Shown here: positions 1 to 11,833 of the stretch, one piece after another
Position numbering within the stretch: position 1 is the stretch's first letter
Layout: each line of letters opens with the position of its first letter
Notes under the pieces: model-generated
What the model saw: the letters and a program-made list of their open reading frames with translations, nothing else
Databases searched by the model: none
What the model was told of the DNA's origin: nothing
Translations under genes and position numbers: made by a program
DNA from: an uncultured Candidatus Rokubacteria bacterium
GTDB taxonomy: Bacteria; Methylomirabilota; Methylomirabilia; Rokubacteriales; CSP1-6
Reading direction: 5' to 3'
DNA length: 64,000 bases
Assembly (NCBI GenBank): GCA_963771355.1
Contig: CAVYTA010000005.1
Location: 160,001 to 224,000 of the forward strand

Positions 1-1758
1 CATCGTCCGGGTGACGCGGTGGAGCGCGCGGCTTTCGTGGTGCTCGTGGACTGCGCGGCCGGGAAGACCTACGAGGCGACCGTCTCCCTGACCCAGGGTC
101 GCGTGGTGGGCTGGGAGCATGTCCCCGGCGTCCAGCCGGCCATCGTGCTCGACGAGGTGCTGGCCTGCGAGGCGGCCGTGCGCGAGGATCCGCGCTGGCA
201 GGAGGCCATGCGGAAGCGCGGGGTCACCGACCTCAGCCTGACCATGGTGGATCCGTGGTCGGCGGGCAACTTCGGGCTCCCGGGCGAAGAGGGCCGCCGG
301 CTCGTCCGGACGCTGACGTGGGTGCGCCGCCACGCGGCGGACAATGGCTATGCGCGGCCCGTGGCCAATCTCCTCGCCGTCGTCGATCTGAACGAGATGA
401 AGGTGCTCCGTGTCGAGGACGGCGGCGTCGTCCCATTGCCGCCGGAAGACGCCAACTACACGGCCGAGTCGGCCGGGGTGCGCTCGGGACTCAAGCCGAT
501 CGAGATCCGCCAGCCCGAGGGCCCGAGCTTCGAGCTTCGCGGCCACGAGCTCGCCTGGCAGAAGTGGCGGATGCGGATCGGGTTCACGCCCCGCGAAGGC
601 CTGGTGATCCATACCGTGACCTACGACGACGGGGGACGGGAGCGCCCGGTCCTCTATCGCGCCTCCGTGGCCGACATGGTGGTGCCTTACGGCGATCCGC
701 GGCCGACCTATTTCCACCGCAATGCGTTCGACGTGGGGGAGTACGGGATCGGCTCGCTCGCCAATGCGCTCGAGAACGGCTGTGATTGCCTGGGCGAGAT
801 CCGCTACCTCGACGCGGTGGTCAACGACGGCCAGGGCCACGCGCTGCCGCTGCCGAACGCCATCTGCATCCACGAGGAAGACGCGGGCATCCTCTGGAAG
901 CACTTCGACATGCGCCTGCGGACCACCGAGGTGCGCCGCTCGCGACGGCTCGTCGTCTCGTCCATCTCCACCGTGGGGAACTACGAGTACGGCTTCTACT
1001 GGTACTTCTATCAGGACGGCACCATCCAGCTCGAGGTGAAGCTCACCGGCGTCATCTCGAACGGCGCCGAGCGGCCGGGGGACAAGCCCCTCTGGGGCGA
1101 GATGGTGGCGCCGGGAGTCTACGGACCCATCCACCAGCACTTCTTCTGCGCGCGCGTCGACATGATGGTGGACGGGCTCGAGAACTCCGTGTACGAGGTC
1201 AATACGGTCGCCGATCCCCCGGGCCCCGACAACCCGCACCACAATGCCTTCCACGCGGAGGCGACCCTGCTGCGCTCCGAGGCAACCGCCTCGCGAGTGA
1301 TCAACCCGCTCGCCGGACGCTTCTGGAAGATCGCCAATCCGTCGGTCCGAAATCGGATGGGCGAGCCGGTGGCCTACAAGCTCATGCCCGGGGACAACGT
1401 GCTGCCCTTCGCGGGACCGGAGGCCTCCATCACCAAGCGCGCGGGCTTCATGTCCCGCCATCTCTGGGTCACGCGCCACGACTCACGAGAGCGCTACGCC
1501 GCGGGGGAGTATCCGAATCAGCACGCGGGGGGCGCCGGTCTGCCCAGCTACGTGAAGGACGACGCGCCCATCGAGAACACCGACCTCGTCGTCTGGTACA
1601 CCTTCGGCTCGCATCACGTGGTCCGGCCCGAAGACTGGCCGGTGATGCCGGTGACCACGATCGGCTTCATGCTCAAGCCCAGCGGCTTCTTCGACCGGAA
1701 CCCCGCGCTGGACGTCCCGCGCCCGACGGCGCATGGCGAGTGCTGCCACCCGGGCTAG
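1..1758 (+). CDS. Copper-containing primary amine oxidase (TPQ enzyme), 5' truncated by window edge
   Basis: TPQ consensus TVGNYEY, catalytic Asp region [15 protein letters not shown], Cu-ligand HQH and [12 protein letters not shown] motifs; frame open from base 1. Confidence 0.95.
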   Translation, partial: HRPGDAVERAAFVVLVDCAAGKTYEATVSLTQGRVVGWEHVPGVQPAIVLDEVLACEAAVREDPRWQEAMRKRGVTDLSLTMVDPWSAGNFGLPGEEGRRLVRTLTWVRRHAADNGYARPVANLLAVVDLNEMKVLRVEDGGVVPLPPEDANYTAESAGVRSGLKPIEIRQPEGPSFELRGHELAWQKWRMRIGFTPREGLVIHTVTYDDGGRERPVLYRASVADMVVPYGDPRPTYFHRNAFDVGEYGIGSLANALENGCDCLGEIRYLDAVVNDGQGHALPLPNAICIHEEDAGILWKHFDMRLRTTEVRRSRRLVVSSISTVGNYEYGFYWYFYQDGTIQLEVKLTGVISNGAERPGDKPLWGEMVAPGVYGPIHQHFFCARVDMMVDGLENSVYEVNTVADPPGPDNPHHNAFHAEATLLRSEATASRVINPLAGRFWKIANPSVRNRMGEPVAYKLMPGDNVLPFAGPEASITKRAGFMSRHLWVTRHDSRERYAAGEYPNQHAGGAGLPSYVKDDAPIENTDLVVWYTFGSHHVVRPEDWPVMPVTTIGFMLKPSGFFDRNPALDVPRPTAHGECCHPG

Positions 1759-1945
1759 GGAGGTCTACCGGCGGGCGGCCGGGCATAGTTCACCCAGCTC
1801 GGCGGTGATCGCCGCCGCGTACCCACGCGAGATTGCCGAGCAAGCCGCCGGTCCCGGCTGCCCGCAAGGTGGGCAACCGGCGCGGGAAGAATCCTCGTGG
1901 ACATCGCGCCATCTCAAGGACAGAAGGCCAAGGAGGACTTCGCGC

Positions 1946-2696
1946 ATGGGCAAGCTCGAGGGGAAAGTCGCCATCGTCACCGGGGCATCCAAGGGGATCG
2001 GAGCCTCCATCGCCAAGCATCTGGCTGAATCCGGCGCGGCGGTGGTCGTGAACTACGCGTCCAGCAAGGAAGGCGCCGATCGTGTGGTCGGCGAGATCGA
2101 GGGCAAGGGAGGCCGGGCGGTGGCGGTCCAGGCCGATATGGCCAAGGCCGAGCGACGTCGAGCGGCTCTTCTCGGACGCGAAGACGGCATTCGGCCGGCT
2201 CGACATCGTGGTCAACAACGCCGGAGTCTACGAGTTCATGCCGCTCGAGCAGATCACCGAGACACACTTTCACCGGCAATTCGACGTCAATGTCCTGGGA
2301 CTGATCCTGGCCGCGAAGGAAGCGGTGAAGCACTTCGGCGCCGAGGGCGGGAGCATCGTCAATATCAGCTCGGTGGCCAGCACCGCCGCGCCGCCCAATG
2401 CCTCGGTGTACAGCGCGACCAAGGCCGCCGTCGACGCGGTGACGCGCTCCCTGTCCAAGGAGCTCGGCCCTCGCCGTATCCGGGTCAATGCCATCAATCC
2501 CGGCCCGGTCGAGACGGAAGGCTTCAAGACCGCGGGTCTCGAGGAAAGCGACTTCCGCAAGCAGGTCGAGGCCCAGACTCCGCTCGGCCGCATCGGCCAG
2601 CCGCAGGATATCGCGCCCGCCGCGGTATTCCTGGCCTCGGAAGATGCGGCATTCATCACCGGCGAAACCCTCCATATCTCGGGCGGCATGCGTTGA
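1946..2696 (+). CDS. SDR family oxidoreductase (FabG/glucose 1-dehydrogenase-like); +1 frameshift near 2146-2150
   Basis: [17 protein letters not shown] in one frame, then VVNNAG and YSATK in the next; an extra base in gccaaggccgagc, probably a sequencing error. Confidence 0.9.
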
Positions 2697-2740
2697 CGCG
2701 AGCGGCGGGGCGTGCCTGAATACGAGGCACGCCCGCCGCC

Positions 2741-3607
2741 ATGCTGCTCCTGGATCCCGCCTCCGATCTGCACACGACGCTCGCCGGCCTCGCCGAGCGG
2801 GCGCGGGCCGTCTTCGTCGCCGGGCTCCCGGGGACCGGCAAGAGCCTCCTCATCCACCAGCTCGTCCAGCTCGCGCATCGGCAGGGGCGCACGGTCTCGC
2901 TCCTGCAGTGGGACGTGGCACGGCCGGCGGTCGAGAATCACGCGACGGCCCGCGCGTACCCGGCGCATCGCGGGGTGACCCACGGCGTCGTGCGCGTGGC
3001 AGTGGGGCGATGGGCGCGCGTCGCGGTCGCGCAATGGGCCGCGCGCGCCGCGGACTCCACCGCCCTGCTCGTCGGCGAGGCGCCGCTGGTGGGCCACCGG
3101 CTGGTCGAGCTGGTGCGCCCACTGGACGACGCCGCCGAACCGGTGCTGAGCGACCCGCGCACGCGCTTCGTCGTCCCGGTGCCGTCCCCCGAGCTGCGCC
3201 ACCACCTCGAGGCCGAGCGTGCCCGCCGCGCGGCCCAGCCGCTGCATCCCCGCGAGCGCGAGGACGCGCCGCCCGAGGTGCTCCGTGACCTCTGGCGCCA
3301 GCTCGCCGGCGTCGCGGCGGTGCTCGGCCTGGCGGGCGCCCCGGTCGCCGGGGCCCCGGCGCCCTACGACCCCGCGCTGTATTCCGCGGTGTACGAGCAC
3401 GTGCTCCGCCGCCGCCACGTCGACGTCTTGCGGCTCGACGCCATCCTGCCCGCGGCGGCCATGTCTCCATATGATCTCGGTATCGCCGTGGATGACCTGC
3501 GCCCCCGCGCGGACGAGGCCGAGCTGCTGCTCGCGGGAGCGGGCCGGGACTGGGCGGACCCGGCGGCCCTCGAGCAGGCCCTGGACCGCTGGTACGTCAC
3601 GCCGTGA
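2741..3607 (+). CDS. Hypothetical P-loop NTPase-like protein
   Basis: Walker A-like GLPGTGKS near N-terminus; typical GC-rich codon usage. Confidence 0.7.
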   Translation: MLLLDPASDLHTTLAGLAERARAVFVAGLPGTGKSLLIHQLVQLAHRQGRTVSLLQWDVARPAVENHATARAYPAHRGVTHGVVRVAVGRWARVAVAQWAARAADSTALLVGEAPLVGHRLVELVRPLDDAAEPVLSDPRTRFVVPVPSPELRHHLEAERARRAAQPLHPREREDAPPEVLRDLWRQLAGVAAVLGLAGAPVAGAPAPYDPALYSAVYEHVLRRRHVDVLRLDAILPAAAMSPYDLGIAVDDLRPRADEAELLLAGAGRDWADPAALEQALDRWYVTP

Positions 3608-3679
3608 CCCTCGTCCGGCCTCGGGAGCGTATTCTGTAGCGGCGGCACAGGCGATCACGCGACACGGGGAGGAGAGGCC

Positions 3680-5323
3680 ATGGCAGAGACGATCGCGGTC
3701 CTGAACCCGATGGGCTTCGCGCCGAGAGTGACACGCCGGGCGCTGGCTCCGCGCCTGCCCACGCTCGAGGGCAAGACGGTGTACCTGGTCGACTGCCGCT
3801 TCGACGACTCGGACGTATTCCTCGAGCAGATGCGGGCGTGGTTCGCCGAGCATCTGCCCGGCGTCACCCCGGTGGTGAAGCGGATCTCGAGCGTGTATCT
3901 CAACGACGACCCCGCCACCTGGGAAGAGATCCGGTCCCGAGGGCACGCCGCCATCGTGGGGGTCGGCCACTGAAGCACCTGCGCGCCGGCGGTCGCCGCG
4001 CACGCGATGACGCTCGAGGCGAGGTATGGAGTGCCCACGGTCGCGCTCCACACCGACAAGTTCGACCGGGTGGTCCGGTCGGTGGCGACGGTGAACGGCA
4101 TGCCCGGGCTCCGGCAGGTCTTCGTCCCGCAACCGATCATGGGCAAGACGGCCCGCGAGCTGCGCGGGTACGTCGACGGGAAAGATCAGATCACCGGGCG
4201 GCCCGTGATGCAGGAGGTGGTGGAGGGGCTCACACGGCCGTTCGAGGAGGGTGAAGAAGGTCCTTCCGAGTTCGACCGGACCAGCGCCCGCCTCATCGGC
4301 CCCGACACCGCCGAGCGCCTCGAGCGGCTGTTCCTGGACAGCCACTGGACCGACGGGCTCCCCATCGTGCTCCCCACCGAGGAGCGCGTGGCCGCCATGC
4401 TGGCCGGCACGCGACGCAAGGCCGACGAGGTGGTCGGGCGCATGCGCTCCACGCACTTCCGCGAGTACTGGGAGTACTCCGTCGAGAAGGTGGCCGTGAA
4501 CGCCGTGATGGCGGGGGCGCGGCCCGAGTACTTTCCCGTGATCCTGGCTCTCGCCGCCACCGGGGTGACGGCGCGGAGCAGCAGCTCGAGCGCCATGGCC
4601 TCCATGGCCGTCGTCAATGGCCCCATCCGGCACGAGATCGCGATGAACGCGGGCACCGGCGCGATGGGACCTTACAGCCACGCCAACGCCACCATCGGCC
4701 GGGCCTACGGCCTCCTCTCGCAGAATGGGCAGGGCGGCTCCGTGCCCGGGCTCAGCTACATGGGGAATCAGGGCAACAGCTACGCGTACAACAGCGTGAC
4801 CTTCGCCGAGAACGAGGAGCGTAGCCCCTGGGAGCCCTTCCATGTGCAGCAGGGATTCCCCGGCTCGGAGAGCGCGGTGAGCGTCTTCTCGGGCTGCCGG
4901 TCCACCGCGTTCGCGCTCGGGCTCCGCGAGACGCACTGGCGCGAGCACGTGCGCAACCTCCTGCGGGGCATGGACCCGAGCATCCCGCCCACCCTCTTGC
5001 TGGACCCCATCGCCGCGCGGCAGTTCGTGGATCGGGGCGGCTTCGTGAAGAAGGCCGATCTCATCGACTGGCTGTACGACACCGCCTGGATGCCGGCGCG
5101 CGAGTACTGGGACTATCAGCTCGTCCAGAACTACATCTTCCCCCGCGCCACCTTCGGGGAGGAGCCGTGGGCATCCAAGCTTCGCGCCGCGCCCGACGCG
5201 CTCATCCCCATGTTCCGCCGAGAAGACATTCACGCGGTGGTGGTGGGCGGCGAGACGAACGGCTACTGGCGCATCATGGGCTGCACCTATCAGAAGAGCG
5301 TGTCGGTGGACGCGTGGCGGTAG
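3680..5323 (+). CDS. Probable selenoprotein: UGSC-family N-terminal domain (UxxC, U at codon 98) fused to a conserved uncharacterised C-terminal domain; 547 aa with readthrough
   Basis: ORFs 3680..3973 and 4007..5323 share a frame and are separated only by TGA 3971-3973; readthrough gives GVGH-U-STC-APAV; hairpin directly downstream; GGAGGAG RBS at 3680, none before 4007. Confidence 0.85.
3980..4002 (+). promoter_or_regulatory. Putative bacterial SECIS-like stem-loop
   Basis: TGCGCG (3980-3985) pairs with CGCGCA (3997-4002) around a G-containing 11-nt apical region, after a 6-nt spacer from the in-frame TGA. Confidence 0.55.
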
Positions 5324-5342
5324 CCGGGCCGCGCCCGCGCCG

Positions 5343-6293
5343 CTAGGTGTGAACTGCCATGAGATTGTTCGGGGCCGCCAGGAAGCGGATGGGCGGACGA
5401 CCGTGAAGCGCGCTATGGCCGCGCTCCCAATTGTAGTAGTAGAGCCACGCGGGCAGCGCGTCGGTGCGAGCGCGAGAACTGGGATACGCGCGGCGATACG
5501 CCCACTCGCGCAGCAGGGTTTGGATGAAGCGTTCGGCTTTGCCGTTGGTGCGCGGGGTGTAGGGGCGCGTGCGGCAGATGCCGCAGGCCGGTGCTCCGAC
5601 ACAGGCGGGCGAACCGCTCGGCGACGGTACCCGGAGCCGTTGTCACTCAGCACCCGACGCACGCGGATGCCGTGCCGCCGGAACCAGGCCAGCGCGCGCC
5701 ACAGAAACCGGGTAGTGGTGGCGCCGCCCTCGTCGCCCAGCACCTCCACGTAGGCCAGCCGGGAGGCATCGTCAATGGCGACGTGCACGAACTCCCAGCC
5801 GATGCCGCGCACCCGGCTCCGCGCGATCCCGGTGATGCGGTGGCCCACCCGCCCGATCCGCCCGAGCTTCTTGACGTCGAGATGCACCAAGTCCCCCGGG
5901 CCGCGCCCACTGATAGCGCTGGACGGGGACCGGCGGCTCGAGCGCGGGCAACCGCGCCAGGCCCTGGCGCCGCACGATCCGCGCGACCGTCGAGGCACTG
6001 AGCTGCAGGGCCTGGGCAATCTGCGCCCCGGTCCAGCGTTGCCGGCGCAGGTGCGCCACCCAGCTCGTCAGCAGCGGCGGGGTCACGATCGGACTCCGCC
6101 GCGGGCGACACGAGCGATCGGCCAACCCCGCGGTCGCCTCCCGCGCATACCGCGCCACCCACTTGCGCACCGTCCGTTCACTCACGCCCACCGCGGCGGC
6201 TACGGCCGCGGGCCGTTCGCGCTGGGTCAGCACGCGCGCCACGATCTGGCCTCGACTCCGGGGCGTCGTCCGGGCATTCTTATGGATGTTCAT
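5343..6293 (-). pseudogene. IS481-family transposase with three net +1 frameshifts (~5895, ~5622, ~5572); real decay or read errors
   Basis: MNIHKNARTTP start, HTH, PGDLVHLDVKKLGRI, VLSDNGSGY and TPRTNGKAERF (DDE) spread over successive frames. Confidence 0.85.
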
Positions 6294-6381
6294 CCGGGCC
6301 TCCTCCTCTGCGGGGATGGTCGACTCGCAACCACCAGCTTCGCAGGGGAGACCCGGATGGACAATCTCCTGACAGTTCACA
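5348..6381 (-). mobile_element. IS481-family insertion sequence (1034 bp)
   Basis: 23-bp imperfect TIRs (TGTGAACTGCCATGAGATTGTTC vs TGTGAACTGTCAGGAGATTGTCC), TGT...ACA ends, 6-bp direct repeat GCTAGG at 5342-5347 and 6382-6387. Confidence 0.95.
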
Positions 6382-6382
6382 G

Positions 6383-7096
6383 CTAGGCGCCGGCGAAGGC
6401 GATGCGGGCGAACCGGGTCTCGGCGGTGGATCGGGTGTCGTTCGTGTCAATGGACAGGGCGATGGCCTGAGGATCGTCCGGTGCCTCGCCGAACACCCGG
6501 CGATGATCATCGACGACGTTGCGCCGCTCCCGGAGCCACTGACCGAGGCCATCCTCGCCCCGCCGCACGACGATGAAGGTCACCGTGGACGTCTTGCGGC
6601 TCTTCACGATGGTCCCGATCGGCAGGCTCGCGTCCCACACGTAGCCGATGAGACGAGAGCGCAGCAGGGCAGGGAAGCGCGGCCAGATCACGAAGAGATG
6701 GCCGGTGGTATCGGAAGTGGCGCGCTCCTGCAGGTCGGCGCCTCGGGGTAGGGCCAGCACCTTCCACTCCCACTCGAGCAGTGGAGTGGCCGCGAGCGCG
6801 ACGTGCACTTCCTTGGCGATGGTCGAATGGTCGGCGGCGCTCTTCAGATCGAGGGCGCGCCGGCCGCCATCCTCCACCACGGTGAAGTCATACGCCGGCT
6901 GACCACCCGGCGTCTCGTACTTCTGCCAGCCCGGGGGCACCCCGCGGGAGCCCAGCGGTACGTCGCGCCAGTCTTCGACCACCTGCCCGGACTTCACCGG
7001 CGCGGGAGCGCTCCACGCGGGCGCCCGCCTTCCGCTCAGCAGCCCGGCCACGGCGGTGAGGACAAGGGCCCGTCGAGTCAGCCTGGTGTCCCTCAT
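6383..7096 (-). CDS. DUF3047-like exported protein
   Basis: Twin-arginine-like TRRALV signal; TPLLEWEWKV, YVW, IDTNDT motifs. Confidence 0.75.
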   Translation of the reverse strand: MRDTRLTRRALVLTAVAGLLSGRRAPAWSAPAPVKSGQVVEDWRDVPLGSRGVPPGWQKYETPGGQPAYDFTVVEDGGRRALDLKSAADHSTIAKEVHVALAATPLLEWEWKVLALPRGADLQERATSDTTGHLFVIWPRFPALLRSRLIGYVWDASLPIGTIVKSRKTSTVTFIVVRRGEDGLGQWLRERRNVVDDHRRVFGEAPDDPQAIALSIDTNDTRSTAETRFARIAFAGA

Positions 7097-7270
7097 GGGT
7101 CCAGAGTACCAAGCGGCCGCGGTCAGGGAATCTGGGCGCCGAGCAGGAGATCGCGCTCGAGCCAGTCGAGACCCTCGCTCATGGGCCATGATTTTATCGC
7201 ACCTTGACCTCGTCGGAGCGGGTGGTACGCTGAAAACGACGGTGGTTACCACCGTTCCACGGGCTGCGCG

Positions 7271-8524
7271 ATGAAACATGAGCGGTTCGTCATCATCGGA
7301 GCTTCGTTGGCCGGGGCCAGCGCCGCCGCCGCTCTGCGCGAGGGCGGCTTCGACGGCACCGTCGAGCTCATCGGCGCGGAGCCGCAGCTCCCCTACAATC
7401 GCCCGCCGCTGTCGAAGGGATACCTCCGGGGCCAGGAGCGCTTCGAGGATCAGCTCGTCAACCCCGCCGATTACTACACCCAGCACGACATCAAGCTCCG
7501 CCTCGGGGTCCGGGTCACCCGGGTCGATCCGGGGCGGAAAGTCGTCGGCCTGGACGGCGGCGAAGAGGTGCCGTACGACCGGCTCCTGGTCGCCACGGGC
7601 GGGCGGAACCGGACGCTCACCACCCCCGGCGCGGAGCTTCCGGGCATCTTCCAGCTGCGGACGGTGGAGGATTGCGACCGCATTCGTGCCGTGGCCCGCT
7701 CGGGCGCGCGCGCGGTGGTGATCGGCCTCGGCTTCATCGGCTCCGAGGTGTCGGCGTCTCTCCGCCAGATGGGGCTCGCGGTCACCGCCATCGAGGGCCA
7801 CCCGGTGCCCCTGGCCCGTGTCCTCGGCAACGAGGTGGGCACGGTGCTGGCGGAGATCCACCGCGAGAAGGGCGTGGAGCTGGTGATGGAGGACGCGGTG
7901 TCCGCCTTCGAGGGCGCCGGTCGCCTGGAGCGGCTGCGGACCAAGGGGGGCCGGACCCTCGAGTGCGACCTGGTGGTGGCCGGGATCGGCATCGTGCCCA
8001 ACAGCGAGCTGCTGGCCGGCGCGGGAGCCGCCGTCGACAACGGCATCCTCGTGGACGCCCTCTGCCAGAGCTCGCTGCCCGGCGTCTATGCCGCGGGCGA
8101 CGTCGCCAATCACCTCCACCCTCTCTTCGGCCGGTTACGCGTGGAGCACTGGAACAACGGATTCCAGCAGGGGCGCGCCGCCGCCCGGACCATGCTGGGC
8201 GGGACGCAACCCTACGACTACCTCCATTCGTTCTGGTCGGATCAGTACGAGCACCTGCTGGAGTACGTCGGCTATGCCACCCACTGGGATCGTGTCGTCT
8301 TCCGGGGAGATCCGGGCAGCCGGAAGTTTCTCGGTTTCTTTCTGAAGGATGGGACCCTGCGCGCGGCGATGGGTCTCAACCGGGGCGGGGATCCGGAGGA
8401 TGCCAAGACGGAAGGGGAGCTGAAGCTCGTCGCGAAGCTGATCCGGGCCCGCGTACCGGTCGATCCCAAGCGCCTGGCCGACGAAACCCGAGAGCTCCCG
8501 AGTGTGGCGGAGGATCCGAGCTGA
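7271..8524 (+). CDS. FAD-dependent NAD(P)H:ferredoxin reductase (putidaredoxin reductase-like)
   Basis: IIGASLAG, PYNRPPLSKGYL, ATGG, GLGFIGSE, VYAAGDVA, RVEHW, FWSDQY. Confidence 0.92.
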   Translation: MKHERFVIIGASLAGASAAAALREGGFDGTVELIGAEPQLPYNRPPLSKGYLRGQERFEDQLVNPADYYTQHDIKLRLGVRVTRVDPGRKVVGLDGGEEVPYDRLLVATGGRNRTLTTPGAELPGIFQLRTVEDCDRIRAVARSGARAVVIGLGFIGSEVSASLRQMGLAVTAIEGHPVPLARVLGNEVGTVLAEIHREKGVELVMEDAVSAFEGAGRLERLRTKGGRTLECDLVVAGIGIVPNSELLAGAGAAVDNGILVDALCQSSLPGVYAAGDVANHLHPLFGRLRVEHWNNGFQQGRAAARTMLGGTQPYDYLHSFWSDQYEHLLEYVGYATHWDRVVFRGDPGSRKFLGFFLKDGTLRAAMGLNRGGDPEDAKTEGELKLVAKLIRARVPVDPKRLADETRELPSVAEDPS

Positions 8525-8642
8525 TGGACGGAGCATTGACGACCCGGCGGGTGGTTTTTGTCGCTTCCCACCCTTGTATGCACGCGAAGCGGAGCGACGT
8601 CAGCGTGCATGACGAGTCGTCAATCACCTCCCGCCAAGTTCC

Positions 8643-8671
8643 TTGACTTCCTGACCGGAAGCGCCCATATT
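8643..8671 (+). promoter_or_regulatory. groESL promoter (TTGACT-N17-CATATT; also resembles the RpoH-type CTTGA..CCCATAT)
   Basis: Motifs read directly upstream of and overlapping CIRCE. Confidence 0.6.
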
Positions 8672-8696
8672 GGCACTCGAGTCAGGTGAGTGCCAG
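8670..8696. promoter_or_regulatory. CIRCE element (HrcA operator)
   Basis: TTGGCACTC-N9-GAGTGCCAG versus consensus TTAGCACTC-N9-GAGTGCTAA, upstream of groES. Confidence 0.92.
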
Positions 8697-8769
8697 GCTT
8701 CTCCTCCCCCCTCCTGATGGGACCCATCCACGAAGTCCCCCTTAGCCAAGATCGGGAGGCGACCTGACC

Positions 8770-9057
8770 ATGAAGATACGTCCCCTGCACGACCGGATTC
8801 TCGTCAAGCGCGAGGAAGAGAAGGAAACCAAGAAGGGCGGCATCATCATTCCCGACTCCGCGAAGGAAAAGCCCCAGGAGGGCAAGGTCGTCGCGGTGGG
8901 CAACGGGCGAGTGAACGAGGACGGGAAGAAGGTCCCCCTGGACGTGAAGGCCCGCGACCGCATCCTCTTCGGCAAGTACGCCGGCTCCGAGGTGAAGCTG
9001 GACGACGAGGAGTACCTGATCCTGAAGGAAGAGGACGTTCTCGCCATCGTCGAGTAA
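8770..9057 (+). CDS. groES: Co-chaperonin GroES
   Basis: [30 protein letters not shown]. Confidence 0.98.
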   Translation: MKIRPLHDRILVKREEEKETKKGGIIIPDSAKEKPQEGKVVAVGNGRVNEDGKKVPLDVKARDRILFGKYAGSEVKLDDEEYLILKEEDVLAIVE

Positions 9058-9132
9058 CTCACCCGAATGGCAAACCCGACCGGGCCGACCGCGCCGGTCA
9101 TTCCGATCGCAGGATCGAGAAGGAGAATGTGA

Positions 9133-10749
<1,617 letters not shown>

Positions 10750-10878
10750 TCGGGTAGGACGCTACCGTCGAATCAGCGGACCATCCCGCGCTCAGATTGG
10801 TGAGCGTGTCCGAGGGCAGGGGGATCGGTTCGTCCCGGAGCTCCGGGCTGAACGGCTCGTTCATGGAGGAAGTGGACA

Positions 10879-11271
10879 ATGGAACCGACCGCACGGAAAT
10901 TGAGCTTTGGACAGCGAATGGGCGAATCGCGCGCCTCGAAAACCCTCCTCTTCTGGTCCGCGGTGGCCGCGGTCGTCGCGACCATGATCGTCGGCTTCAC
11001 GTGGGGGGGATGGGTCACGGGGGGCACCGCCCGGGCCATGGCCCAGACCATGGCCGACGAGGCGGTGGTCAAGCGGCTGGCTCCGATCTGTGTCGTTCAG
11101 TCCGGCCAGGATCCCAAGAAGGTCGAGAAGCTGAAAGAGTTGACCGCCCTCAGCGGCTATGAGCGGGGCGAGTTCTTGAAGAAGGTGGGATGGTCGAAGA
11201 TGCCCGGCGAGGCGGAGAGTGACAGCCGAGTCTCCGAGGAGTGCGCCAAGCTGCTGACCAGTACCAAGTAA
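10879..11271 (+). CDS. Hypothetical membrane-anchored protein
   Basis: GGAGGA RBS; one TM segment ending VGFTWGGWVTGG; two Cys. Confidence 0.7.
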   Translation: MEPTARKLSFGQRMGESRASKTLLFWSAVAAVVATMIVGFTWGGWVTGGTARAMAQTMADEAVVKRLAPICVVQSGQDPKKVEKLKELTALSGYERGEFLKKVGWSKMPGEAESDSRVSEECAKLLTSTK

Positions 11272-11295
11272 ACCGTTCGCGAAGGGCACGCCTGA

Positions 11296-11326
11296 GCGGC
11301 GGCGGGTCACCGAGACTCGCCGCCGC
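11296..11326. terminator. GC-rich hairpin between convergent genes
   Basis: gcggcggcgggtc-accga-gactcgccgccgc; no clear U-tract. Confidence 0.5.
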
Positions 11327-11351
11327 CGTTGGCCAGATCACGTGGCCAGGA

Positions 11352-11804
11352 TCACGGTGGTGGTCGCCGAGCCAGGAGGCGATCGAGATGGTTGGCGAAG
11401 CGCTGCCGGTCGCTCGGGCCCAGCGGCGCGGGCCCGCCGATGAGCGCGCCTTGAGAGCGCAGGTCCTGCATCAGATTCCGGATGGCGAGACGCTCACGGA
11501 CATTGTCTTCCGAGTAGAGCTCCCCCCGCGGGTCGAGCGCCTGTGCGCCGCGCGCGATGACCTCGGCGGCCAGCGGGATATCGGCGGTGACGACCAGATC
11601 CCCGGGCTGCACCTCCTGCACGATCCGGGAGTCGGCCACGTCGAAGCCCTTGGCCACTCGGAGGGTCCGGATGAAGGGCGACGGCGGGGTGCGGAGCGGC
11701 GTGTTGGCCACCAGCGTCGTCATGACCTGGGAGCGCTCGGCGGCCCGATAGAGGATGTCCTTGATCGGCTGGGGACACGCATCGGCGTCGACCCAGATCT
11801 GCAC
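11352..11804 (-). CDS. YaiI/YqxD (DUF188) family protein
   Basis: [25 protein letters not shown]. Confidence 0.93.
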   Translation of the reverse strand: MQIWVDADACPQPIKDILYRAAERSQVMTTLVANTPLRTPPSPFIRTLRVAKGFDVADSRIVQEVQPGDLVVTADIPLAAEVIARGAQALDPRGELYSEDNVRERLAIRNLMQDLRSQGALIGGPAPLGPSDRQRFANHLDRLLARRPPP

Positions 11805-11833
11805 TCAGCGCCCGCTCGCGTCGGCGAACCGGC

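Noticed and set aside
3605..3679. The TGA ending ORF 2741..3607 is also in frame with 3680, with no intervening stop
   Set aside because: No Cys/Sec-type motif at that TGA, and a strong GGAGGAG RBS precedes ATG 3680, so these are separate genes
3971..3973. Alternative genetic code (UGA=Trp/Gly) as an explanation for the readthrough
   Set aside because: Many intact genes in the window end at TGA at their expected C-termini (e.g. 2694-2696, 8522-8524, 45027-45029)
2270..6019. 1249-aa minus-strand ORF and other very long alternative-frame ORFs (e.g. 8620..10737, 59886..62441)
   Set aside because: Antisense shadows of real GC-rich genes; only the ~5622-5895 part of the first is a genuine transposase segment
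8525..8640. Two weak stems (GGGTGG/CCACCC, ATGCACGC/GCGTGCAT) upstream of the groES promoter
   Set aside because: No match to an RNA family I can recognise; plausible by chance in GC-rich DNA
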